64,000 nucleotides of DNA from Hypanus sabinus (GCF_030144855.1 NC_082728.1:38812001-38876000); one strand, 5' to 3'; positions 11,785 through 24,799 are shown, numbered from the stretch's first letter. Numbers and translations: made by a program. Notes: generated from the sequence alone by a model not told the origin.

Positions 11785-12790
11785 GAGTCAGACATGGCAT
11801 TGAAACAGGCTCCGTGGCCCAACCAAAGTGCCTAACGGAGCTGGTCCCTTTTCCTTGCACTAGGTCCAGAACCCTCTAAACCTTTCCGAGCTATGTAACT
11901 GTCTAAGTATCTTTAAGCATTGTAATTGCAACCACTTGTACTACTTCCTCTGGGATCTCATTCCTGATGCCCACCTATGTGAAAAGCTTGCCTCTCAAGA
12001 CCCTTTAGCAATTCTCCCCTCTCACTTTAAACCTCTACCTTCTAGTTCTATATTCCTCTATCCTGGGGAAAAAAGACTCATACCACCCACCTTATCTAAA
12101 CCTCTCATGATTTTATAAACCTCTGTAGGCTCACCCCTCAGCTTTCTACATTGCTAGGTAAACACCTCAGCCTATCTAATTAATCATTGTAACTTAGTTC
12201 CAGCAGCATCTTGTGAATCTTTTCTGCACCGTTTCCAGCTAAATGACATCTTTTCTATAGCTGGGTGACCAGATCAGCACACAATACTCCAAACGTGGTC
12301 TTACCGATGTCTTGCACAACTGTAGCAGGACATCTCAACTCAATGCCCTGACTAAGGAAATCATGCCAAACATTTTCACCATCCTATCTACCAGTGTTGC
12401 TACTTGCAGGGAGCTATGTCCTTGTACCCTTAGTGCTCACTGTTCTATAACAGTCACCCATTATTCGTTAGGTCGTACCGTGATTTAACTTCCCAAAATG
12501 CAACACTCGCCCTTACCCAAGTTAAATTCCATCTGCTGTTCCTTGACTTACTCTCTTAGTTGATACAGCTCCTGTTAGAACTTTAGATAACCGTCTTAAC
12601 TATCAACTAGTGGTGCCATCTGCAAACCCACTAACCATGGCAATTACATCATTATCCAAACCCTGAATATAGGTGATGGATAAGTGGATATCCTATGCCA
12701 CCCCATCTGGTCACAGATCTGCGATTTGAAAAATAACCTTCTACTACCTCTCTTTGACTGCCACCAATCCAATTCCAGAGGCATTTCAGA
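11785..12790 (-). mobile_element. CR1 LINE 3' portion
   Basis: Reverse-complement CR1 tail (gaaacaggctccgtggcccaacc) and RT C-terminal motifs (acaatactccaaacgtggtc, aaattccatctgc, catctgcaaac). Confidence 0.8.
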
Positions 12791-13149
12791 TTCCATACAT
12801 TAATGCAGACATAGAGATTTCCATTTACCCCCTTCCTCCAACAGCACAACTCCAAAAGAGCTGAATCAGTCAAAGTAACTGACCTAACCTTCAGTGTTGT
12901 TGACGAAAAGTTCAAGCCGTAAGCTAACATTAATCTGAAATCATCAATATTATAGGTACACATAATACTGAAGTGCAAACAATCTGCCTTGTATAAAATC
13001 AGCTGTGAATACAGATTTCACTCCCCAGAGGAGGCAGTAAACAGATCTTCATTATTATGTCCAGGTAATTATGTTCTCAGTTATTAATGATGTGTGTTCT
13101 TTAGTGTTCCTCAGTCTTAACATTTCAGAGGCTCATTCCTGGGCCTAGA

Positions 13150-14062
13150 CACAAGTGCAATTATGAAGACAGCATGGCAGTGCCTTTACTTTCGTGGAAG
13201 TTTGCAAAGATTCAGCATGACATCGAAAACTTTGACAAACTTGTAGATGTATGGTGGAAAGAATACTGACTGGCAGCATCACAGCCTGATATGGAAACAC
13301 TAATGCCCTTGAACATAAAATATTGCAAAAAATAGTAGATATGACCCAGTCCACCACATTAAAGCTGTTCCTCTACTGAGCACATCTACACAGAGCAGTG
13401 TCGCAGGAAAGCAGTATCCATCATCGGGGACCCCTCCACCCAGGTCACTGATGCACTATCAATAACTCCAAAAGACTGGAAGTAGAGTAAATACTAAAAG
13501 GATTTTATTAGCAGTAAAATGGAGCACGTCCATGCCGGATGACTGCCCTGGACTGTGGGAGGAGCAGTGATACAATCACCTTTATACAGGAGTCTGTGGG
13601 AGGAGCCACAGGAGCGGTCAGCAGAGGGGCGTGTCCAGACAGGTATACATGGTTTACCACACTCACAGCTGCCATCAGGAAGAAGGAGCAGGAGCCTCAG
13701 GACTTACACGGCCGATTCAAGAACAGTTATTGCTCCACTACCACCAGGATCTTGAACCAAAACGGTTAATTCCACTCAACTACACTTTCGTCATTACTGA
13801 CTGAATTGTTCCCACAATCTACAGACTCACTTTCAAGGACTCTTCATTTTATGCTCTTGATATTTGTTGTTTATTTATTTGTTTATTTTTATTATTGCCT
13901 GTTTTCTTGCACAGATTGTTGTCTTCTGCTCGTTGTCTGTCCGTCCTGTTAATCCTATTGATTCTATTATGGTTTTTGGATTTACGGAGGAAGCCTGCAA
14001 GAAAACATATCTCAGGCTGGTAGACGGTAACATGTATGTGCCTTGATAATAAATTTACTTCG
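13150..14062 (+). mobile_element. Rex1-type LINE 3' portion, interrupted by a solo LTR
   Basis: Homologous to 930-1640 (agcatgacatcgaaaactttgacaaactt..., tail ccttgataataaatttactt). Confidence 0.85.
13449..13661 (-). mobile_element. Gypsy-type solo LTR (213 bp)
   Basis: Minus strand reads TGTGGTAAAC...GTATAAAGG...AATAAAA...GTGCATCA; flanks gtcac (13444-13448) and ctcac (13662-13666) form a 5-bp TSD with one mismatch; the LINE sequence resumes after it. Confidence 0.8.
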
Positions 14063-14087
14063 AAGTACGAAATTTCTCTCCAGACAC

Positions 14088-14663
14088 GTGTGTGTGGCCT
14101 CCGTCGGTCGTGGTCGACCATGGGTACTGCGCCTCTGGTAGACACTGGGAGTGGCTTCTCCAGGGCGCAAGCCAGGGCAGAGTTGATATGGAGATCCGTC
14201 TGTTGCCCATGCAGTGGGACCCCCCCCCCCCATGCTGATGACAGGCGCAAAGGAAGGACTAAAGTCAATGCAGTTTGGTGCCAGCAGCATCGCGTGAGTT
14301 GCCGTGCCGGTGCCGGGTACAGCAGTCAGCCACCTTCGGGTCTCTGACTCCGGATTTTTCCCCGGGGTTTACTCCCAAAGCCTTTCCCGTGAGCGGGTAT
14401 AGCCACAAGGCAGCGGAGGTTTGAAATCGAAGTTTTCCCTCTCCTAGATGAGCTACCATACGTGGTTTTAAGGCGCCAGTGGTCCACCTTTGCCCCTTCT
14501 CCTGTCAGTGAGAACAGCTCCGCCAGGCATAAGAACTTTGCCACATGTGAAGGCCAGGAGTTGGGCTTGGTTGTCACAGGCTGTTGGAAACGCAAGGCAA
14601 GAAGAGCATTTGTTTAGCAGTGGGAGCTCATCCCCACTACCACCCTTCAGCTATGACTACCTT
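14088..14663 (-). mobile_element. Non-coding RTE-derived retroelement, copy 1 (GC- and CpG-rich)
   Basis: Homologous to 26113-26649 (shared gggtatagccacaaggcagcggaggtttga and cacctttgccccttctcctgtcagt); sense 3' end ccatggtcgaccacgaccgacggaggcc(ac)n resembles RTE-clade tails; no coding remnant seen. Confidence 0.65.
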
Positions 14664-15636
14664 TGGAGCCTGTCCAGATAAGGCAAATATTAAAATGGAA
14701 TGTTCATCAAAATTAATCAATATTCTTCATAACACTGATAGAAAGTTTTTGATGTGTGACTGGAGTGAATAGTAGCCCTTAAGTAAAACATATCCCCACA
14801 AGACTCACTGGTAGCTCTACGTTATTCATAATTGCCTCTAGCAGCCTTCTCACAAAGGCCAGCTCCAAAGAGTTCTGTGTTTTTCTAAGGGACGTCTTTA
14901 AAGAACTTGTCACAAAACTTCTCATTACTTCACCGCAAGGAACGTTATTGATACTCTCACCAGCTTTTACCAAGCACACAACTTGGCAGTCTGTGTGACA
15001 AGAATCAGTCACATTCCTGGAATAATCACAAAGCTAAACTTTGAAGGTTGCAAATCCCCTTAGATTGATAACAAGAGGCAACGAAGTCTCTAAAGAGACT
15101 TTAAAATGCCCTCTGTATTCTCATTTCTGATATTTGTTTTCCCTGACACAATTTATCAAAATACATCGTAAACCCAGGATTTCTTTTGACTCAGAATTGA
15201 AAGAGAACATTTGAGAATGAGATTCCTCATTTATAAACGAAGGATGGTCATGAGAAAAACATCTTTTAGAGTTACATGATCTGTCCTGTCTGCAAGAAAC
15301 AAACAGAAGCAGTTTTAATTGCAGTTTTGAATTTCGAGCAGCTATGATTAAACCTCATGTCTTGACACAGTTTTACTGTCAATTTGACACAATGCATAAC
15401 AGCATCTGTTTTGCAAATCATCCATTATTGGGGATATTTAAAATATAAGCTCTCTTCCTTGTGGCAATGTAGGCCTCAGGCACAATAGAATGTGGTCAAT
15501 CTATTACTCCCCTTTCTTATCAAACCATGCCACATTTTTCCTCTGGCTAAATTCTACTGTATTTTCTGCAAGGCTGAACCAAAATAAATTTTTTAACTGC
15601 ACCACAAACCCCTTTGGTGAGGAAAACCCTTAATCA

Positions 15637-15798
15637 NNNNNNNNNNNNNNNNNNNNNNNNNNNNNNNNNNNNNNNNNNNNNNNNNNNNNNNNNNNNNNNN
15701 NNNNNNNNNNNNNNNNNNNNNNNNNNNNNNNNNNNNNNNNNNNNNNNNNNNNNNNNNNNNNNNNNNNNNNNNNNNNNNNNNNNNNNNNNNNNNNNNNN
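15637..15798. other. Assembly gap (162 N)
   Basis: Run of N bases. Confidence 0.99.
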
Positions 15799-18069
15799 AA
15801 TTTCTCTGATCCAGAGTGAAAGGAGCAGAGTGATCGGTGAAATGGGTTCACTGTCCACAGACAGTGGCCACATGCCCAGTTGACACAGTTGATAGGATCC
15901 CATAAAGTCAAGCAGCCTGGAGAGTTTCATGTGGAATTTTGGAAAAAAAGAAGCAAATTCGTTGATAAGGAAACATTTTAATTTTATAGTATATCCATGT
16001 CACTTCCAGAAAACTGTAAGAACATTTTCTATATACACAAGTATAGGAAAACTTTGAATGCAAAGGCATATGTTTCTTTGGCTCTGTCCCAATCAAGAAA
16101 ATATTTAACCATGACCAAAGCTCCCAATATAGCCTCGACAGTGACCTTTAATAAAAAGTTGATTGATAAATAACTAGATGCTGAGTCGGTTATCAACCAT
16201 CAACTAAATTATGACCTAGACGGCACATTAGTGCATTCTTGAGTCATTGCAGAAGAGGACATCCCTGTCATCTGTGCATTTAACTTTTCAACTTAACCTT
16301 CCCATTAAAAAAGTGTTGAGTGCGCTAATGTCAGACTAACGGGGTTAAGTGCTTATCAGCGTATCAGTTTTGTTTCCATGCATTACCTCTTCAGATCTCT
16401 TCCTTTTCAGTTTCCCCCCTGAGCAGCCTGAAAACTCTCATTTTTTTCCACTGTAGTTTAAAGTAAGTGTATGCCGGTGACATTGTTTTTTTTTACATAC
16501 TGAAATAAAGGGACAAGTTTTATTCATGGGGTGAATTTCATTTTCCCTCCTCCAAATCAAATGAAATAGTGAGAGTTTGGATTCTTTGGAAAATAAGTCA
16601 AGTTTAGATTGGAGCCTTTCTCTGCGCAGATAGGAAGATTGTAATCCAAATCAAGAAGCATATAAATTATAAATTCAATCATTTCCAAAAAGCTGAACAT
16701 TTACAGGGCAAAACAAAGCATTTTGAATGAAGGGAAAAGTCTTACTTAACATCAGCACATCGGATAAGAACTCAGGGATGGATTACCTCAATAATATGGA
16801 AAAGATTATGACAAAGAATATCTTCAAAGGATTCATAAGATGATCAGTGCCTTACAGATGTCCTTTTAGGAAGAGCCTTCTGATTTCATTTTTGGGAGCT
16901 TAAATGCTTTAGGTACAGAGGGTCTCCTATCAGAAGAGCTCATTTAAACAGAAGATTACACTGACAGTCCAATCTATGCCTTCTAAATGTTAGAATTAAA
17001 TAAATTAATATGCATATATGACCATAATTTTCAATATCATACTGTCACAATATTTTATTTAGTTTCATTGTGACTTTATTTTCAAATATGCATGTGGACA
17101 GATGTTCCAATTCATGCACTTTGCAACCCTGTTATTATTTAATGTTGCACTATCCAATAAGACTTTTTGAAAGCCAACATTGAGAAGCCACTTTTAAATT
17201 TTTGACAATAATGGAACTGACTAATGTGCCAGACTTACTCTAGATAGTCTGAGCAATATTGCCTTATTTGTTTTGCTCCCTAAGGTGAATTTCCACCCTC
17301 AAGTGTTTTTGTAGGCAGCAGATTCAATAGCTATAATAATACCGCATAATTGTTATTCTTCACTTTCAGAACTAAATGATTTTAATTCAAAAAGATTAAA
17401 AAAGGGATGACATGTAAAAAAGACTATAATGTTCTAAAGATGACCCTGAAATTCAGTTAGCTGTATTATTGTCTGTCTCTTTGTTAGTGGTGTGTCTTTT
17501 TGATATAGATTTAATTAATTGCATAACCTATCATTCTCTATGTCTAAGAATCTTGCATGTTGTGAAGGTATCGACAATATCTTGAACATTACAATGAAAA
17601 TGAAGATGTGGAGGATGCAGTCATTCTAAACATTGTGTGTAGGCAGTCCATTATCTACATTGGGTGTGTATGTTGACCTTGTTCATTACTCTAAATGAAC
17701 ATTGAAAAAGAACAAAGAACATCTTCTGTTGATAACTATTAGGAACTAATACGCAGTTTTATAGTGCTGTACAGGTATTGGTAGTGTTCTACTTTGTTCT
17801 GTATTTCATATAAATACATAAATTATTGGTTAAACTAGTTTGTCTTTTTATACCTTTTTAACTATTTTCATGAAACTTCAGCTAATTGGTGCAGCTGCTT
17901 AATTAGGTTAAAATATACTGTTCCCAAAGTGTTTCTTCAATAAATTGGAATTCACTGTATTCTGTTTTACAAATGCAATAGAACTCATTACCATTTAATT
18001 CTATGGGATCATCGACTACAAACAGCCCTTGCTTAACAACAACCTGCTCCAACAATCCCTGACATTCAT

Positions 18070-18420
18070 TGGCAGTCCCATTACTGAATCCCGACGTACC
18101 ATTGACCAAGATTAAACTGCAGTATCCACATATACAATGTGGCTGCAAGAGCAGGTCAGAAGCTGGGAATCCTATGACAAGTAATTCACCTGCTAACTCT
18201 TTAAATCCTGTTCAACAAGGCTCAGGTCAGGAACGTAAGGGAATACTCTCCAATTGCACGGATAAGTTCAGCTTCAGCAGCACTCAAGAAGCTTAGAATC
18301 GTACAGGAAACAGCAGCCTGCTTAATAGTCACTGATCAAGAACCATTTATTCACTCTACCACTGACGCAAGGTTGCAGCAGCTCTATCATCAACAGAATA
18401 AACTACTGTAACTCACCAGT
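18070..18420 (+). mobile_element. Ancient CR1/L2-group LINE RT C-terminal fragment
   Basis: IDQ...VAARAGQKLGIL...VIHLL...KAQVRN..EYSP motif; the same family lies in opposite orientation at 58400-58975 (TGQRLGILWQVAHLL). Confidence 0.6.
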
Positions 18421-18794
18421 GAACTGCAGTAACTCAGAAGGTTGAAAACCAAGTTGCATGATTTCGGCCACTCAAATTCTAATCAACATTTTGTTTTGTA
18501 ACTATTGCTACCAGTAGGCTTACATGAGAATTCATCAAGCATCTGATCTGTTTAACCTTATTCATCTCTCACTCAGCAGTGAAATTTCTCCCAAACTATG
18601 GAACATAACCATAGGCTATACCCTCTCCAAAACATCAAAATACGGTAAGGCAAGAGCAGTCACTGCTTTGAACACAGCAGTGCCACTCATAAGTTTCTGA
18701 TTTGAATTAAACTTCAATGTGAGAGTTATATTGGAAGATTGAAAATAAAGGATCTACAATATTTTCCTCAAAAAGAGAATACCAAAAGGGAAGA

Positions 18795-18968
18795 GCAACA
18801 CACACAAAATGCTGGTGGAACACAGCGGGCCAAGCAGCATCTATAGGGAGAAGCACTGTCGACGTTTTGGGCCGAGACCCTTCGTCAGGACTAACTGAAA
18901 GAAAAGATGGTAAGAGATTTGAAAGTAGGAGGGGGAGGGGGAAATGCAAAATGATAGGAGAAGACCAG
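18795..18968 (-). mobile_element. Penelope-derived short element with hammerhead motif
   Basis: Sense strand reads agtc-CTGACGA-agggtctcggccc-AAAA-cgtc-gac at about 18857-18893 (GAAA decayed to AAAA). Confidence 0.8.
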
Positions 18969-19259
18969 AACCACTAAACCCCCACCACTAAAAGGGACGA
19001 GTTGGGCAGAATGGTTGGACTGTCAAAGCAATGTTGCTCTGTGTACCTTTTGTTGATACGTTTATCAGGGCATGGCAATGTCTGTCTTTAAGTTAGAAAG
19101 GAGTCCGTAGCTGCAGGTAGAAAGTGATTCCATTAGCAAAAGCAGGATTTCCAAGCAACGAATCATTAACATGCTTTAGCACCAGATCTACCTCTTGGAA
19201 TTCCCACCTCTCAGCACTGTGTGAGCACCTTCCCCAGAGGGACTGCAGTGGTCCATGAA

Positions 19260-19786
19260 GATAGAACATAGAACATTGAAGAGAACAGCACAGGAACAGG
19301 CCATAAGGCCCACAATGATGTACCATACCAAAAAAACAGTAAATCAAAAATATCCAGATATTAATCCCTCCAACCTGCGCTGTGTCGCACCCCCTCATCT
19401 TCCCCTACATCCATGTACCTATCCAATCATCTCTTAGAAGCCAGCAATGCATTTGCCTCTATCACCATGCCAGGCAGTGCATTCCAAGCCTCCATGATTC
19501 TGAATAAAAACCCTACCCATCGCATCCCCTCTCACCTTCAATGCATGGCCTCTGGTATTAGACATTTCAAGACTCTCTGTCCACTCCATCTATACCTCTA
19601 CAATGCTGTAAACTTCTAACAGATCAACCTTCAGCCTCCACCGCTCCGGAGAAAGCAACCCAAGTTGATTCGGCCTATAATGATAGCACATGTCTTGCAA
19701 ACCAGGTGGCTTCCTGGTAAACCTCTTCTGTACCCTTTCTAAAGACTAAACGTCCTTCCAAACGTGGCCTAACCAGAGTTTTATAC
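19260..19786 (-). mobile_element. CR1 LINE 3' fragment
   Basis: atagaacatagaaca tail, acaggccataaggcccac, and YKTLVRPRLE in ORF 19675-19863. Confidence 0.8.
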
Positions 19787-19910
19787 ACAAACAAGAGAAA
19801 ATCTATAGATGCTAAAGCACACACAAAATGGTGGAGGAAGTCAGCAGGCCAGGCAGCATCCATGGAAAAAAGTACAGTTGACGTTTCAGGTCTCAGCCTC
19901 TGGAGTTCCT
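19787..19910 (-). mobile_element. Truncated Penelope-derived element flanked by a 14-bp direct repeat
   Basis: Same head as 18795; ccagagttttatac at 19773-19786 and 19911-19924. Confidence 0.7.
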
Positions 19911-21554
19911 CCAGAGTTTTATACTCTGGTTAGGTGACTTGCTATAAACCTTCCCAAGGACAATTGAAGATGTGCATCAAAAGTTGGCTTTACCAACATC
20001 CCCAATCCCTCATGTTGCATAAGCATGAATAAAATTATGAGCTATTAATGAATAAGGAACTCAAGTAAAACATCATTATCCTTGGTGATGATAAAAAAAT
20101 ACAGACATTTCTATTATAATGAAATAATTGGAGTGAAGAGTTTGGATATGGTAAAATGTGAAATGGAAGGTAATGATGATTGGGTGAATTAAGTTAGGGA
20201 GGTAGGGAGCTTGTATGAAACAAGCTCTGGCAGACATTAACGAGTAACGCTCTCAAACCTACACAATTTTACATAATGACATTGGCTAAATTTGCACTTA
20301 GCTCTCTCAGACCTATTGACAGTCCAGCATTCAATTTGTTAACTAAGAACAGAACATACTGGAAACATTCAACAAGTCAAAACAACTGTTAAAGTCTCAG
20401 TTCCAGGACCTTTCATGAGAACGAAAAAAGAGAAAGTATGCAAGTTTTCAGTCACAGATGAGGTTGGTAAGAAAGAGGTTGAATGAAGGGAATACCTCTG
20501 AAATGTTAAGACCAAATGAGTTATTGTAGCAGTTAGAATTCAGTTCTCAACGTAAGTTCCAATCCCTCTGCACTTTTTGCTTCATTTTACCACTATTTTA
20601 ATCCGAAAATTAAAACAAATCAAATAGAAAACAGATATTCAAAAGCAAAATAGAGCAGTTGCTGGCTGGCATAAAAGAGGAAAAAGCTGCAAACATTTAA
20701 TCAATCTAGTTACGAAGAAACAGAGGGAACAGTGTCAGATTTCTGAATGTTATTAATAACCTCCAGCCACTTAAAATGTTCAAACTCTTAATATAGTAAG
20801 GCAAGGCAAGTTTATCTGTATAGCACTTTTCAAACACAAGGCATTTCAAAGAACAATCAGCAAAATAATGGAATAGTTGAAGATTGTACGAAGACAATAA
20901 TAGTGGAGGGCTTGTTCAGTTCTGCCCCAAGTGAGTCATCACAATCCTGTAACATAATAGTGCTTCGCTTCAATTCATAGTATCTATTATGAAATTCTTC
21001 AATGATGACTACCTCTAAAGTGTGAAATCATAAGGAGAATATTACAAAATTGGAGTGGTAAGGTTAAATTATACTTTGTTGCTTCCTGCAGAAGTATGGA
21101 AAATAATAAGCTATACTATATTGTTCTGATGCAATTCTGCACTCTGTGTACATGCAATACAGTAGCTTTAGAAACAAAGAACAATTATTTTCTTACAATG
21201 CATATATTAATTAATGCACTAAGTTTTTGTTAGGAGATAGGGGCATGGGCTTCCTGTAAAAAGGAATCTAAGCATGGATACTGCCAAGGATCAATACATT
21301 GAAACTGCAATAACCTTGGAACATTACATATATTAATAAACATATTTTAAAATGTGTTGATGCCTAAAGCGAAGTAACAATGGCAATTAAACTACTTTGT
21401 TTGAAACCTCTCAGCAGTGATGGATTTTGAAACAACAAAATAGACAGTGCTCAGCATGGAGCCACTTGACACAAGAGGTTTCAAAACTGATCACCATGTT
21501 TATACAATGAATGACTCATTAATGTTTATACTATGTACATTGGAGATTTTTAAA

Positions 21555-21790
21555 AACTGCAGATGTTGGGATCTGGAGCAAAACGCAAACTAAAGGAAGA
21601 ACTCAGCAGAATCTGTGAACAGAGGGACAGCTGACATTTCAGTTTGAGACCCTGCACCAGGACTGAGTATGTAAAGAGAAGACAGTTAGTATACCGGTCA
21701 GTGAGAGAGGTGGAGCATGAGCTTTTTAGGTGGATCCAGGAGAGGAGGGGACGACGGGCAGATGGATACAGATATATAGATATGGTTGAG
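21555..21790 (-). mobile_element. Old Penelope-derived element 3' end
   Basis: actgcagatgttggg...ggaagaactcagcag...ctgacatttcagtttgagaccctgcaccaggactga (degenerate hammerhead on the minus strand). Confidence 0.6.
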
Positions 21791-23344
21791 AAAGGGCCTC
21801 GGACCCATCTCACAAGTACATGGATCTGTAGTTAGCTAATCAGCAATAACTAGGTCTGGGTGAAGTTTCACAAATTCTGGCTATTAGTCGTTAAACCCAG
21901 TAATACTGTCACCAGGTCATTATTTTTTGAAGAATCTCATTGTATTTAAACCTCACAAATTAGATGATTGCTTCTATCAAGATAGACTTAATCCAACAGT
22001 CTGTGTCTCTTCCCACTCTTTGTTTGACTCCTTCACAACCTTATCAGAATGGGAGGCTCAATTTCAAATGTTTCTTGAAGACTCCTCTATTTCAAAGTCA
22101 GTAATTCTAAGGCTACTTAATATTCTGCAAATTGAGATGTAATAAGCTGGTTCAGCTGGTTGAACAACAGAACACCTGAGTTAATCAAAAATACAACAAC
22201 TTTCAAACTCTAGGTTAAGTAAACTACAAGCAGAAGGAATCTCAGAATGCTATACCTGCCCTGCACTTTCTTTGTGCCTCCAACACTATAAAGTGTATTC
22301 TGGAATTGTTTTACTCTTTTTCCATGTGATGCACTAATGTTTTGAAATATACTATATTACACACACACATATCTATATAGTATAGATGGCTTGCAAAACC
22401 ATGTTTTTCACTATATCTCTGCATATACAACAATATTAAATCAATTCCAATTAATCTCAAACAACCAGAATAAGAGGTGCTGATATTATTGATATTTAAC
22501 CCATGCTGTAAGTCCATTTGTCCCATATTACATGCTCCCAAATTTATGTTGTGCTGTTCTTCCAGATCAAACTATCTGGTGGAATTCACTGTTGAAAACA
22601 TGAAGAAGACATCTCTGATAGGGAACTGGTGGGTAACCTAGGACCTATTCCTCCCCACCTGCAGGTAGGAATCAATGCCTTTCTGATGGGAAGACATGGG
22701 AGAAAATTGGCAAGATAAGAAAGGGCCAGGATGGGTGAGTGATCCTGCATAAGTAGTTCATTCAGATCCAATCCCTTTAGGAACAATGGGAGGGAAGAAC
22801 TCTGGTGCATTAAATAGGGAAGAGTGAAGGGAGGGGAGGGGTGAAGCAGCATTCATTGCCGACAGCTGTTCCCTTTGGTATATAAGTTGCCCTGTTAAAT
22901 TATTCCTTCAGGCTAGGAAGCTGGTAACAGCTGGTGGGTTCAGTCATTGCTATCAGAGTTCTCAGGAAATCTGTCAGCATCATACTAATGATCAGAGCAA
23001 GTATCATGGAGATATGGGGGTGCTCATGGACACCAACCAGGTAACATGCCAGATGTCTGCATAGGAGATACAGGCAACGGCTGAGCTAATGGGTTATATC
23101 CAGAATACCTGCTGCACTGTGACAGAAACTATCATAATGAAAGATTTCTATCATAATGAAAGATATTGTACATACTACAGCAAGCGTAAGTGCTTTCGTG
23201 TAATATTTGCAACAAAATGCTAAGAAATGAAATCCTGCTAAAGGTGATTTGTTTCTTTCTGACATCATAAATTTGTTAGATCAAATTTATCTTCAAACTT
23301 GATGCAGTTTTAAGAACTGAAGTCATGTAATACCCCAATAAGTA

Positions 23345-23434
23345 ATATGAAATGTCTTGGCCCAAAACATCAACTGTGTACTGTTTTCCATAGATGCTGC
23401 TGGCCTGCTGAGTTCCTCGAGTGCTTTGTGTGTG
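23345..23434 (+). mobile_element. Penelope-derived short fragment
   Basis: tcttggcccaaaacatcaactgtgtactgttttccatagatgctgctggcctgctgagttcctc matches the family consensus seen elsewhere in the window. Confidence 0.7.
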
Positions 23435-24344
23435 AAAAGTAGTTTTTTATTGTCTCTAGATATAAAGTACTGAATGCAGTTTCCATTATTGCTGGAAGGT
23501 TCCCCATGATCTTTGACAAAAGCTCTGTAAACAGGATTAAGTTTTGTAAAATGTTTGACAGTAGTGTGTGAATGGGTGATGAATTAAGCAAATAAAATAC
23601 CTAACGCCTGCATGAAAGATTAGATGGGAACTGTTCTGCCCATTCTTAAGGTACAGAGGACTTTCTTGTAAATCAAGGAATGTCTTTCAATCTGTTTAAG
23701 AACTTTACATTAATTCATTCCTGAATTCTAAGAAACATCTATAAGATTCTTCTTGTTCATTGTTAGAGTAAAGCTTATTGCAGATTATGCTGAGAAGTAT
23801 GATGTTGCTAACAGAAACATAATATTCAAATATAAATAGGATGGTTACAGTTATAAGTAAGTCCATTCAAGCCCAAACAGGCCTGAACATGGCATGAATT
23901 CTTCATGCCTATTTCTAGAAAGGATATCTTGCAATTTCCTGTGCAGAGGAAAAGCAAAGTGATCTAATTACAAATGGAAGCAAAAAGAGAGGGTTACAAC
24001 ATCATGCAAGTGCTTAAACACACACCTTGAGTCTTGGGAATCCTGGAATAAACTGGAAAAGAAATTCATATAACTCCAAAGAAAGGCAGTAGAAAAGAAG
24101 GTGGATTTTGGACCACTGTTCAAATCAGCAACAACTCAGGCACAGGTACTTTAACATGGTATGCAGACTGTTTCTGGTACCCAATCTATCAGATACATAT
24201 GCTGGCATAAACAGATAGCCACTTCTCTTACTCAGTTGCCTTTCTTTCAAATCCTTTCTTAAGGCAAGTCTTGAAATTATCGCTTGTTCAGTTAACTACC
24301 AGATATTAAACTGATCAAGACCTTCATTTGAGTGGCAAAAACAT

Positions 24345-24580
24345 GCTGCAATGTATTACCTGTATGCTGTCTGGTATGGGAATTGCAGGACATCTGACCA
24401 AAAGACTCTGCAATAGATTGCAATGACTTCTGAGACAATCATCAGTCACATTCCACCCTACGCTGGAGATATACCAGAAGCACTAAGTTCTCAGAGCCCT
24501 CAGCATTGTCAAGGTCCCTCCCACCTGTCCCACAGTCTTGTTGATCTCCTACCATTAGACAACACATACCACAGTATAAA
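24345..24580 (+). mobile_element. Rex1-type LINE C-terminal fragment
   Basis: AVWYGNCRTSDQKTLQ...SIVKVPSHLSHSL.LLP-like reading. Confidence 0.6.
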
Positions 24581-24799
24581 CTTATGTTCTATTGATCAGA
24601 ACTTCAAGATCAAACAATCTGGTAGAATTCATAATATAACAAGGCTATAAGACCACAAAGGTATAGGAGTAGAATAAGGCCATTCAGCCTAACTGGTTGA
24701 TGGATTAATAAAGATATTTGAAATAGAGAAAAGAAGCAAAGGGGTATGTAAAAACTGTGAACTTCAAGTGAGAGCTTTATCAAAGAACGATAACCAAAG

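Noticed and set aside
14235-14265. CTGATGA (also at about 26242) as a plus-strand hammerhead core
   Set aside because: No stem II followed by GAAA downstream, and it is antisense to the element.
15614-15930. ORFs spanning X runs
   Set aside because: Artefacts of the N gap.
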